Of a stretch of DNA of 64,000 nucleotides, positions 39,391 to 48,983 are shown piece by piece. Source of the DNA: Geminicoccaceae bacterium (GTDB lineage: Bacteria; Pseudomonadota; Alphaproteobacteria; Geminicoccales; Geminicoccaceae); contig JAWKVR010000008.1 of assembly GCA_041397945.1 (NCBI GenBank), forward strand, positions 23,414 to 87,413, in the 5' to 3' direction. How positions within the stretch are numbered: position 1 is the stretch's first letter; every line of letters starts with the position of its first letter. Below the pieces are notes generated by a model, which saw only the letters and a list, made by a program, of their open reading frames with translations, was not told the DNA's origin and did no database searches. The position numbers and the translations under genes were made by a program.

Positions 39391-39896
39391 CTACGTCGAA
39401 TAGAGATGCCCATTGCCGGCCTTCCTCGCCTTCGCCCGATCGTTCGCGGAAGCGCGAGCTTGGTCAGGTCGCTGTCCGTCTTCGACTCTCCTGCAGCGTC
39501 GCGTCGAGGAGCTTGGCGGCGTCGGTCATGCCGAGCTCCGTGGCCCAGCGCTCAGGTCCCGTAGCGGGTGATCTCGTATGCTGGACCGCCTGGGCCGACG
39601 AGATCAGCCCGGCATCGAGCGCCGCCGTGTCCTTGAACTCGTCGATGATGTCCCGCCTTCGGCGACGATGCCTCGATCGCATCGCAGGTCTGCCCGGGCG
39701 CGCTTGTCGATGATGTCGAACACCTGCTGCAGGCGCTCGACATGCCTTCGGTCTCCCGCTTGTTGTCGAACGCGGCCTTGAGGTCGTCGGACGGGCGGCC
39801 CGCTGCATCTTGGGCAGTGCCTTCAGGATCTTGCGTTCCGCGTAGTAGATGTCCCTGAGCGTCGTGAAGAGATCGTCGTCTTTTTCCCTTGGCCAT
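39391..39896 (-). pseudogene. DUF892 / YciE-like ferritin-like protein, multiply frameshifted
   Basis: MAKGKKDDDLFTTLRDIYYAERKILKALPKM (my reverse-complement translation), DDLKAAFDNKRETEG, IIDEFKDTAALDAGLISSAQAV, YEITRYGT and ATELGMTDAAKLLDATLQE lie in different frames (ORFs 39552-39896, 39464-39808). Confidence 0.7.
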
Positions 39897-39926
39897 GGGG
39901 AAGTTCTTCAGTGGTTGAAGCCCGAA

Positions 39927-41632
39927 TCACGCCATGCGTGACCGCGCATCAAACGCGCCTGATCTGGCGGCGTTCCCGTGCCGCGCAATTGCTCCTTTCT
40001 GCGGAACGCCGTCACGACGCCCTGTTCGAGCCAGCCCTCGGGCATGCACCCCGCGGAACATCCTGCCCAGATGCCGCTCGACGTGCGCCTCCCATGGCAG
40101 GCAGCACAAGCCGACATGCTGGTCGGGACGGACCACGACGAGCGTCGGCGTATCGGCACCGAGCCTTCGTGCAAGCGACCTTCGGGGTCCGCCACCACGA
40201 GGTCCCGGCCCTCAGCCGACGGAACGGCGCTCCCGCCACGCACGACCGTGACGAGCCTGGCATCCGCATGGCGCTCCAGCACAGGTGCCAGCCCGCGCGC
40301 CATCGGGCCGGCATCCGGTGCTGCATCGGCGGTCAGGAGGAGGATCGTCGGGCCCCGCAGGGCAAGCAGCGCATGCAGGCTCGTCTCCCCCTCGGGGCCT
40401 GCGAGGTCGGGCACGTCGGGAATACGTGCCCCGACCTCGACCGGGCCGGTCGCACCGTCCCGGCAATCCTCGATGATGGCGCTGTCCGGATACCGGCACG
40501 CCAGCTCCGTCTCGCCCATCGCCGCCAGCGCCTGGCCCGTCGGCTCCTTCAGGAACGCGTAGACCTCCCTGAGCTTCTCCCCGGTCCTGTCCGTCATCCA
40601 CCCATACGCCTCGTCACCCGAGGCCACGACCTCGCGGTCGATCGATCGCCGCTCGGCATCGTAGGAGCGCAGCAGCTCCTCGGTGCCCCGGCCCGACGTC
40701 GCCGCGGCGAGCTTCCAGCCGAGATTGAAGGCGTCCTGGATCCCGGCATTCATGCCATGGCCCTGCACCGGGTTCGAGGCATGCGCGGCATCGCCGGCGA
40801 GAAAGACCCGGCCGATCCGGAACGTCTGCGCGAGGCGCGAGTGCGAATGGAAATAGGCCGGTGCCGGCGCACCGTCGAGCGTGGCTTCGGGACAGAGCGA
40901 GCGCAGCTTCTGCGTCACCTGCCCGGCAAGGTCGTCGCCCGCCGTGGCGACCCGGCAGTACATGCGCCAGCGGTCGGGTGCCAAAGGGAACTGCAGGAGG
41001 AGCGGCGGGTCGAGCTGCGCGCGAACCGAATCGCGCGACCATTCCCAGCTCTCGAGGCCGGTGTCGAACACCGCCCAGAGCTCGCCATAGTCCTTGCCTT
41101 CGTAGCGGTCGCCGATCGCCTCGCGCACCGCGCTGTGAAACCCGTCCGTGCCGACGATCCAGGGCGTCTCGACCGACCACTCGCCGCGCTCCGCCGAGCG
41201 CAGCCTGACCGTGACGGATTCCCCGTCCTGCTCGAGCGCCACGAACTCGGTCCCGAGCTCGATCTCGCCGCCCAGCCGGCGCACCTCGTCCGCCAGAATG
41301 CGGATCGAAGCCGACTCCGGGATCGACAGGATGTTCTGGTAAGGCGAGTCGATGGCGCCGAAATCATAGGCGGCCACTTCCTCGCCGTCGGAGTAGAACT
41401 TGACGCCACGGACCCATTCGCCCTGCTCGACGAAGTGTGAGATCAGCCCGATGCTGGCGAGGATCTCCAGCGTCCGCTGCTTGATGAAGATGGCAGCGCT
41501 CCAGTCCGGCAGCTCCGGATGCCGCTCGACCAGCCGCACGGGCACGCCGCGCCGCAAGAGCTCGATGGCGACCACCAGACCCGTCGGTCCGGCACCGACC
41601 ACCAGAACAGGATGTTCGCGGCTCGCCAGCAT
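39927..41632 (-). pseudogene. FAD-dependent aromatic-ring monooxygenase (PheA/TfdB family), frameshift near the C-terminus
   Basis: HPVLVVGAGPTGLVVAIELLRRGVPVRLVER, GTDGFHSAVR and FLAGDAAHASNPVQGHGMNAGIQDAFNLGWKL are continuous from 41632 to about 40150. The tail VVRPDQHVG is in ORF 39927-40136. Confidence 0.8.
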
Positions 41633-41814
41633 CGCCGATCTCCCTGTTTTCGAATTCTTGTCCGGTCCTCGATAACGGCAGTCGGTTGCTGAAATCAACT
41701 ATGCCCGCGCAACGAGCCCGCCCTCTTGCATTGCTCGAACCTTGACAGGCGCCCGCTTGCCGGTGAATTCCGCCCCCTGAGGTCCTCCGCTACGCCACCC
41801 GCATCGCCCGGCCG

Positions 41815-42575
41815 TCACGCCGGCTTCGCGAGGTGCCAGACCTGCTCGACCGGGTACTTCCGTGGCCCATTCGGCGGGAACATAGCTGCGCGTCTCGGTC
41901 TCGATCTGGCGCGTATACAGCTCCTGATACCTCCGGATCGTGAAGCCGATTTCGGCGAAAAGCGGCTCCATCCAGCCGAGATGGTCAGGTTGAAGCACAC
42001 GCCGCTCGGTCGAGCTCGACCTTCGTCCAGTCCGCTCCCCACATGTCCCCCGGTAGGGTCGATGCAGCGTCGGCTCGCACGGCGCACCGCTGAGCGGCGA
42101 GCAGACGAGGATCACGGCGGGGTGGTTCCGAGAAACACCAGCCGCCCACCCGGGCGCAGCAGGCGCTGTGGCCTCCCGCAGCCACTTGCCGGGCGGGCAC
42201 CGCACGGCTGCGCCGTATTCGGAGATCACGAATCGAAGCTGCATCCCCGAAGCCGCCGGTAGCTCCGCGGCTCCTCGACGAACCGCGATCCCGGCACCGT
42301 GCTCTCTTGCCAGCCGGCGTGCCAGTGGCGAGCTGATTGGCGGACACGTCGATGCCCGCGACCTTCGCGCCCCCGCGCCGCGCCAGCCACTCCGGCGACA
42401 TAACCTGTCCCAAAGTTTAGTCGATCGCGTCCTTGCCCGCGAGATCCGCAGGCAGCAGGTTCAGGGACCCCCGGCCAGCCCCCAGTTCCCCCAGATCGGG
42501 CTCCTTCGGCGCTCACAGCTCGCCCGCAGCGATCCAATTCTGCGCATCGGCGTCCCAGACACCGCGATTGACATC
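41815..42575 (-). pseudogene. Class I SAM-dependent methyltransferase, multiply frameshifted
   Basis: VWDADAQNWIAAGE, LNLLPADLAGKDAI, WLARRG.AKVAGIDVSANQLAT, FVISEYGAA, LLRPGGRLVF, GWMEPLFAEIGFTIRRYQELY and YPVEQVWHLAKPA lie in alternating minus frames. Confidence 0.65.
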
Positions 42576-42605
42576 GACAGCAGGTCAGGCGCATCGGCCT
42601 TTCCC

Positions 42606-43893
42606 TCATCTGTCGGAACCTTGCTCGACGTCTTGTCCCGGGAAGCAACGCTGCCGGTCTACGGTGCCCGGGTGGCCTGGAACCGCGCCAGTACAGCGAA
42701 CGAATGCCAGCGCGGTTGGCGAGGTCGATGAGGAAGGCGCATCAGCGGCACGACGATGAAGGCGAGGCACGGCCCGTAGTGCTGGGGCACTGCCGCCATG
42801 TTGGCCATCGCCGTGGGCGCCGGAACTGAGCGAGATGCCGCCGAAGCCGACGAGATCACCGCGCCGCGTCGTAGCCGCGCCCCATCGCGCGGAAAGATCG
42901 ATGCGGATGCCGGACCAGGACGCTACCACGAACTGACGGCAATGATGAAGCAAAAGTGGTCCCGCCAGGTCGACCAGGTCCAGAGCTGCATCGACACCAG
43001 CGACATGAAAGAGGAACGTGCCGAGCGAGACGGCGATCAGCGCCATGGTCAGGCGCGCGACGGCCAGCGTGCCGGTCAGGAGGCGCTGCCGCTTTTGCGG
43101 CATGACGTTGGTGAGGGCGATGCCGGCAAACAGGCAGGTGACGAAGAGCGGCAGCTGCAGGCCGGCGTCGCCGATCAGGCCGCTTGAGGACGAGGCCGAG
43201 GATGGCGCTCAGATGGATGGCGAGCAGCGCGTCGAGGAAGTCCAGATGGGTGACCGGCGCGGCGCCGGCGGACTTGGGCCTGCCGACGTCCTGGCCGCGG
43301 TCGGTCGATTCGAGCTTGTGCCGGGCAATCAGGAATTTGGCGATCGGCCCGCCCATCAGGCTCGCCAGGATCAGGCCGAAGGTCGCCGAGGCGACGCCGA
43401 TCTCCATGGCATGGGTGATGCCGTACTCCTCGGCGATCCGCGGCGCCCAGGCGATCGCCGTGCCGTGCCCGCCGATCAGCGACGGTGCCGCCGAGCACCC
43501 CCATCGCCGCCGGCAGGTCGAGCATGCGCGCCACCGAGATGCCAGTGATGTTCTGCACCATCATGTAGGCGATGGTCGTGGCCAGGAGGATGATCAGCGG
43601 CCTGCCGCCGGCGACCAGGTCCGCGAGCCGGGCGTTGATGCCGATCGTCGTGAAGAAATAGACGAGCAGCAGGTCGCGCGCACCGAGATCGAACCCGACG
43701 CCGATCCCCGTCGCCGCATGGACCAGGCCAAAGCAGGACGGACATCACGAGACCGCCGACCGCCTCGGGGATGCTGAAATCCCGCAGGAACGCGATGCCC
43801 CGGTTGAGCCGTCGGCCGAGGAAGAGGACGATGACTCCCGAGCGTGAAGGCGAAGAACGGCCCGACCTCGAACGTGCCGTCGACCAGCTCCAT
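42606..43893 (-). pseudogene. gltS: Sodium/glutamate symporter GltS, multiply frameshifted
   Basis: MELVDGTFEVGPFFAFTLG, VIVLFLGRRLNRGIAFLRDFSIPEAVGGLVMSVLLW, MMVQNITGISVARMLDLPAAMGVLGGT, MEIGVASATFGLILASLMGGPIAKFLIARHKL, TAMANMAAV and LAFIVVPLM lie in several frames. SD GGGGAGGTG precedes the ATG at 43893. Confidence 0.75.
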
Positions 43894-44082
43894 GCCGGTT
43901 CACCTCCCCTGAACACGAAACTGCGGACCGCCTGCCGACGCCCGTCGATCGGCCAAACCTACACGGAACCGCCCGGCAGGTGAAATCCGGGGACAGGGCC
44001 GCCGATAACGGCTCGCCTGTGAAGCCCGGCGGCAATCTGATAGCGTCAGCCCTGCAAACCGGGCCACAAGGGGGACGATCTC

Positions 44083-44589
44083 ATGACCGAAGCACGAGAG
44101 GACGGCAACTGGCGCAACAACGGCGTGCGGATCGTCAAGTCGTCGGAGCTGGACTTCAACACCGCACAGACTCCGGGCATGACCCGCGCCGCCGTTATCA
44201 ACATGGCCAAGGTGGGCGCCAGCAAGCTCTGGGCCGGCACCGTCGGCGTCGGAAATCCGAAACGCCAAGACCGGCGCCCACCACCACGGCCACCCTCGGA
44301 AAGCACCATCAGCAGTCGTCATGGCTGCGCCTGTACTGCGCTGGGGCGAACGCCTCGAAGCCTGCGGCCGAGGCCGACCCCGGCGACTTCATCTTCGTGC
44401 CGCCCTACGTCCCCCACCAGGAGATCAACGCCCTCGCCGACGAGCCGCTCGAATGCATCCTGATCCGCAGCGACCAGGAGCCCGTCGTCGTCAACCTCGG
44501 GACATCGAGCCGGCTACGAGAGGCCTGAGGAAGTCCGCTGGATCGACCCGAACCATCCGAAGAACGGGTGGCTACGACGGGGGAACTGA
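44083..44589 (+). pseudogene. Cupin-domain protein, frameshifted; 3' end uncertain (44528 as written, 44589 if aligned with the paralogous remnant)
   Basis: MTEAREDGNWRNNGVRIVKSSELDFNTAQTPGMTRAAVINMAKVGASKLWAGTV (ORF 44083-44463), then PGDFIFVPPYVPHQEINALADEPLECILIRSDQEPVVVNL (ORF 43980-44528). The conserved tail ...GWLRRGN-TGA places the stop in the loop of the 44577-44599 hairpin. Confidence 0.7.
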
Positions 44590-44599
44590 GTTCCCCCGT
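44577..44599 (+). repeat. Copy 2 of the hairpin element: ACGGGGGAAC-TGA-GTTCCCCCGT (10-bp perfect stem, 3-nt loop)
   Basis: Base pairing checked by hand. Embedded in a roughly 125-nt segment (44485-44610) that recurs at 45395-45520. Confidence 0.7.
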
Positions 44600-45289
44600 G
44601 CCCCTCCGGTCTCGCTTGAGAATCGTGCTGGCTGGTGCCGGTCAGGACCTACGATCGGAAGTCCTGGCCTGCGGCGAAGGGAAAGGTTACCGCGGCGAAC
44701 GAACGGGCCTGCCGGCGGCGGCTGCGGCCTGGTCGGGGGCCTTGCTCGCCATAGGCTGGAGCGACGCCCGGCCTGGACGGCCCGCCCGTGGTGCGAGGGC
44801 TTCGTCGGTGCACCTATCTGGTCGACAACCTTGACGGTGATGGATCGGTCGACTCGCGCAGCCTCGTCGTCCCCGCCGCCGATGGCACCTTCCTCTTCGT
44901 CGACTCCAACCAGGCCGGGTTGGCAGGCAGCTTCAACCCGTTCACCGACGCCGCCGGAAGCTGGTCCTGCCGCCGCATCGGCTTGAGGAGCGTGGCCGAG
45001 GCGGTCGTCCTCGACTTCACCCTCCCGCGCGAAGGCGACGCGCAACCAATGCCCGCCTCGACTATTTCGGCATGACGGTCGACCGGCGGGTGCCATCGAG
45101 GGCCAGGCGACCCTCCGCTTCTTCCGCTCGACGCTTCTGACCCGCCCACGCACCCCCCAACACCGCGACGCCCCTACCGCTTCCAGGGCCAGCGCATCAC
45201 CCCCAGTCTCCTCCAGCGGCCCGGGTAGTCGAGCCTGCAATAACCCCGGCGGGCGGGGCGACAGTAGGAACCAGTTGTATCCCCCGAGC

Positions 45290-45520
45290 GGTTGGCGACC
45301 GGGCGTTGCCCCACGTCCTGCACCAGCAGATGAACCTCGCCGGCGCCAGAAGCGCCTGAACGTGCGCTGCCGTTCCCGCTAAAGCGATCAGGAACTCGTC
45401 GTCGTCAACCTAGACATCGAGCCGGCCGAGGAGGTCGAGGAGGTCCGCTGGGCTTTTCCAACCGAACCACCCGAATGGGTGAGGGGCCACGGCGGGGGAA
45501 GTAAGTTCCCCGTGTCCCCT
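45290..45520 (+). pseudogene. Degenerate duplicate of the cupin gene's 3' half plus hairpin element copy 3 (GGGGAA-GTAAG-TTCCCC at 45495-45511)
   Basis: ...PHVLHQQMNLAG...ELVVVNLDIEPAEEVEEVRW...RRGK-TAA parallels ...PHQEINALAD...EPVVVNL...VRWIDPNHPKNGWLRRGN-TGA of the upstream cupin. My by-eye nucleotide alignment is about four-fifths identical over the last ~125 nt. Confidence 0.65.
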
Positions 45521-45814
45521 TCTGTTTTTCTTGGTCATAGGCCTTGGCGGTGCAGTCGCGGCATGCGAGTATATCCCCGGCCGATTACTGGCCCTTGAAG
45601 GTTCTCCTCCAGTTTCGAGAAAACCCTGACTGCCCAATTCAGATTCTGACAACGTCTGGATCGCCGGACGTCTCACGCTCAGCCGTCTCAGGTGTCTGGG
45701 GTTTAGTCTGGGGCTTCTGGCACGCTCAAAACCCTTGATTCCGCGCAGCGCGGTGAAAAGGGACAGAAAAAGACCGTTTTTGTCGGCTTCCCGCACAGCC
45801 TCAACCAAGAAGCC

Positions 45815-45845
45815 TTGACGCCTGCATAATTGATGCATATATGCA
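45815..45845 (+). promoter_or_regulatory. Candidate sigma70-like promoter (TTGACG-17 nt-TATATG) overlapped by TGCA-type palindromes (TGCAT-N5-ATGCA, TGCATATATGCA)
   Basis: TTGACG at 45815-45820. 17-nt spacer. TATATG at 45838-45843. 12-bp perfect palindrome at 45834-45845, about 40 nt upstream of the XRE GTG. Confidence 0.45.
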
Positions 45846-45885
45846 GCATTCTTGATCACAGCATGTTCGGCGATAGGAGGGTGCA

Positions 45886-46130
45886 GTGAGCGATCCGGAT
45901 ACGGTGAAAATGGCTTACGGGCGGTAACCGGCTTCGGGCCGGGCTCGGGGTGACGCAGTCGGAAGTGGCGAAGAAGGCCCCTGGTGACCGGGAGCTGTCT
46001 CTCGCGGATGGAAAAGGGTGAGGCTGTCTCGCCGGAGGAAGTTGGCCGGGTACTGATGCCTCGCGGCGCTCGGCTCGAAAGAGGGAAGGGTTCGCGGTTC
46101 ATGGCGCAGGAGTGGCGCTTCGCCTGCTGA
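45886..46130 (+). pseudogene. XRE-family helix-turn-helix regulator, at least 2 frameshifts
   Basis: SD AGGAGGG then GTG. RLRAGLGVTQSEVAKKA and CLSRMEKGEAVSPEEVGRVL (HTH_XRE pattern) lie in different frames. Confidence 0.6.
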
Positions 46131-46149
46131 ACCGCCGTCGTCCTACTGG

Positions 46150-47000
46150 AACTGACCGCTTGGCCGGAGATCGCAGCGAGACACTGGGAGAAGATCGGAG
46201 AGCTTCCTCGGCGACGAGGAGCAGCCTTGGCCGCTGCGCCGTCAGCTGGAGCGGCGCAAGGGCGATCTGCTGCGGGCGGCGGGCTTCCTGAGCAGGCTGA
46301 AGCACAACATCGCGTTCATCGGCGACATCGAAGTCGGTGTCCACAGCGATCAGCTTCGTCTTCGATCTGCTGGTCCCGGCCAAGGCGGAAGAGAAGAGAA
46401 CATCAGCCGCCCGGTGCTCGAAAAACCGGCGCGGGCGGCATCACGATCTGCGAGGTGCACACTCCAAGATCGGGACCCGAGTTCGGTATCTCAGTGCTGC
46501 CCATGGATCTACCCGACCTGACCGATCTGTCCATTTCTGCGCGGGCGAAGTAAGGCGCATGCACCGCAAGGAAGGCGAGAGTGCGGAGATGCCGTGCAGG
46601 TGAGCCGCGAGGTCGAGCGGGCCATCGTGCAACATGTCGAAGCTGAGTGCCGCAGGGTCATGACCGACGGCAAGGCGAGCTATCACGACCCGATCCACGA
46701 TCTGGATCCGCGACTGTCAGGGCGAGGACGAGTTCCGGGCGGGTCATCGGCGCGATGAACCTGCCAGAGCGGACCAATACGAAATCTGAAACGAGTGGCA
46801 CCCGCAAGCATCCGTCCAAATGGATGCGCGAAGCCTTCCTCGCCGTGAACAATGGCCGGATGCGCGACGTACCCCTGCCGAGGAGCATCGGACTGATCGT
46901 GCCAGATTTCGGCAGGTCCTTCGGCGAGTTCGAGATTACGGCTTCAGACACCAAGGGCGGGACTACGTTGTCGTGCGCGAGGATTTGGACCTGCGCCTGA
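46150..47000 (+). mobile_element. IS1595-family (ISXO2-like DDE) transposase remnant, heavily frameshifted
   Basis: Family-like strings in order across frames: LTAW, LRRQLERRKGDLL...IAFIGDIEV (VE-DE-type first catalytic region), KAEEKRTSAAR, TGAGGITI, AIVQHVEAECRRVMTDGKASYHD (HVEAGS..TD...Y pattern), TNTKSE, SFGEFEITASDTKG (EFEFR.N.R pattern). I found no terminal inverted repeats. Confidence 0.45.
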
Positions 47001-47166
47001 AGGACCCCCGCACCTCGGTCGTGCTGCAGCCGCTTCAACGACGCGCCGAGCACGAGCGCTGCTGCCGTGCTTCTGCGCACGCTGTAGTAAGACCTCCCCT
47101 GGATGGTTCGACACCGGCAAGGTCTCGGATCCTGTCGCTGCCGCGCTCGGGCGAAGCGGGAGGGAG

Positions 47167-47491
47167 ATGAAGGACGATATGGGCGATCAGGCCCTCACCG
47201 ACGAGGAGGGGTACGAGTTCAAGCGCTTGCAAGTCGCGGCCGAGCTCGATGCGGAAGACATGTCTGGGGTCGCGGTGTTGTTCTTCAACGTCGAGAGCGA
47301 CGATGCGGCGAAGGTCAGCCGAGCTGTCGGCTCAACTGGCGCTGATGCGAGAGCATCCGTCCCCGGAGCAGGCTGTTCAACCCTTTGCGACGCCGCGACC
47401 GAGATCGGTCGAGAACCTACGGGAAAACATGCAGTCACTGCGGCGATCGGTGCAGGTCGCCCGGCGGCTGAATACGTTTCTTCGGGGGTAA
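47167..47491 (+). pseudogene. Hypothetical small acidic protein (about 108 aa, one frameshift near 47318)
   Basis: SD GGGAGGGAG abuts the ATG. MKDDMGDQALTDEEGYEFKRLQVAAELDAEDMSGVAVLFFNVESDDAAKV, then ELSAQLALMREHPSPEQAVQPFATPRPRSVENLRENMQSLRRSVQVARRLNTFLRG. The stop overlaps the next ATG (TAATG). Confidence 0.4.
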
Positions 47492-47715
47492 TGGAAAGCG
47501 CCGGTGCCAGAGAGCGCCATGCCTACGAGGAGGCTCTGAGCACGGTGCGAGGAAACCGCTACGCCCTGAGTTTGGCTGGACTGGCGAGCGCATGGCCCAA
47601 CATCGTCCACCAAGTCGGCGTGGGGGCGGCAAGAGATGCGCGCCTGCGCTCGCGGGACTGGTTCGCCAAGATTCGAGGCCACGTGGAACGAACTGAAGGC
47701 GGATGGAGGACCTGA
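47491..47715 (+). CDS. Hypothetical small protein (74 aa), translationally coupled to the preceding ORF
   Basis: MESAGARERHAYEEALSTVRGNRYALSLAGLASAWPNIVHQVGVGAARDARLRSRDWFAKIRGHVERTEGGWRT. I recognise no homologue. Confidence 0.3.
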   Translation: MESAGARERHAYEEALSTVRGNRYALSLAGLASAWPNIVHQVGVGAARDARLRSRDWFAKIRGHVERTEGGWRT

Positions 47716-48101
47716 CGCTCGCCTCTTCGCACTCGATCGACCAGATCGGCGCAGTGGCAGAGGCTTCGAAGCGGACCTTCCTAGAAGGGCGCAAAGCGGC
47801 TTGCCATGGAAATTCATCATGAGCCACTGGATGCAGGACAGCGTTTGGACGGACTGCGCCTCGGAGTGGGGTAGAGGGCCGGGCTTCAAGGACCGTGTGG
47901 TGGGGCACTGCACCAAGGCCTGACGAGACCCGTCCGGACTTGAAGGAAGCACTTCGACGAGGAGGTTGGCGGCGCTTTGGGAGTGGGCGGTGATCGCGCC
48001 GCCGATGCAACTGACCGAGGAGCGTGAGCCGAAGAGGCTGCTATGCCAGATGGCAATAACGTCATTGCGCTCCGCTCCGCAGTTTCTGCCTGATGACGGT
48101 T

Positions 48102-48142
48102 TCTGGCCCGGGGTTCTGACCGGGCCAGAAATCACTTTTTTT
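48102..48142 (+). terminator. Rho-independent terminator candidate
   Basis: TCTGGCCCGG-GGTTCTGA-CCGGGCCAGA (10-bp perfect stem, 8-nt loop), followed 6 nt later by a run of seven T (48136-48142). There is no T-run on the other strand. Confidence 0.7.
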
Positions 48143-48272
48143 GACGGGGTGGATTTTGTGGAAGGAAGGTAAACTGATAATGACGCGCTAGACTGTGTCA
48201 GGCTCGGGATCGCCCATTCGGTCCAGTCCGGTAACGGTCGTCGAGATCGCAGCCTCCAACCGTACCACCCCC

Positions 48273-48926
48273 TCAACCCGCCCCATTCCGCTCCCAGAAA
48301 TCCTCGATCGCCGCGGCCGCCTCACGGTCGATCGCCGCGCTCGCCTGTCGCCCGGCCGATGACGACATCCTCAGTACCGCCGCCGAAGCGCACCCTCCAT
48401 GTTGGCGGGGTTGGCGATGGCGTCGCATTGGTGGTCGGCGAAGCTGGTGATCGAGCCCTGGACGAGCGTGGGCCGGTCGGGCGGCGAGGGCTTGGCGAAG
48501 AGGGTCCGGTCCGCGTCGTCATAGGCCACGACCACGGCCTCGACCGGACCCCGGTGGGTGCGGCAGGCGGCCACGACTGGCCCGGCCAGCTCGGCCTTGT
48601 CGATCGGCGGGCCGATGCGGTCGGCGAAGATGCCGCCGGCGATGAAGGGCAGGGCCAGCCGCCGGCAGCCACGCGACGCGGCGAGGGCGAAGGCGTTCGC
48701 GATCGACGCCTCGACCGAGGCCCGGTAGGCTTGTGCCGGGTCGGTCCCGACGGTCATCGAGCCCGAGGCCGCATGGGCGATGCCCTTGATCCCCTGCGCC
48801 TGGGAGCCACCCTGCCCCGGTCCACAACGCCGCCCTTAGCGGCACCAGCATGCTGGCGCCCGAAGATCTCGGCCTGCGGCCGGAAGCACATGTGACCTGC
48901 TCCGTCGCGACATACCCCATCGGCAT
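48273..48926 (-). pseudogene. Macro-domain protein remnant: one macro domain (N-half degraded) followed by the first ~45 aa of a second macro domain, then truncated
   Basis: SD GGTGGAGGGG then ATG at 48926. GIKGIAHAASGSMTVGTDPAQAYRASVEASIANAFALAASRGCRRLALPFIAGGIFADRIGP...VEAVVVAYDDADRTLF (macro C-half). Then TLVQGSITSFADHQCDAIANPANMEGAL and, after a frame change, FGGGTEDVVIGRATGE (macro N-half motifs GDIT..DAIVNAAN..GGGV). Confidence 0.6.
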
Positions 48927-48983
48927 CCCCTCCACCCGCTGCGTCCGCCCGGCGGCCCGAAAACGAACCCGGGCACTCCGGGA

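Noticed and set aside
44625-44665. SRP/4.5S RNA-like sequence (GGTGCCGGTCAGGACC...GGAAGTCCTGGCC)
   Set aside because: This is only a 6-bp hairpin (CAGGAC/GTCCTG). The conserved GGAAGGAAGCAGCC-type domain IV motif is absent.
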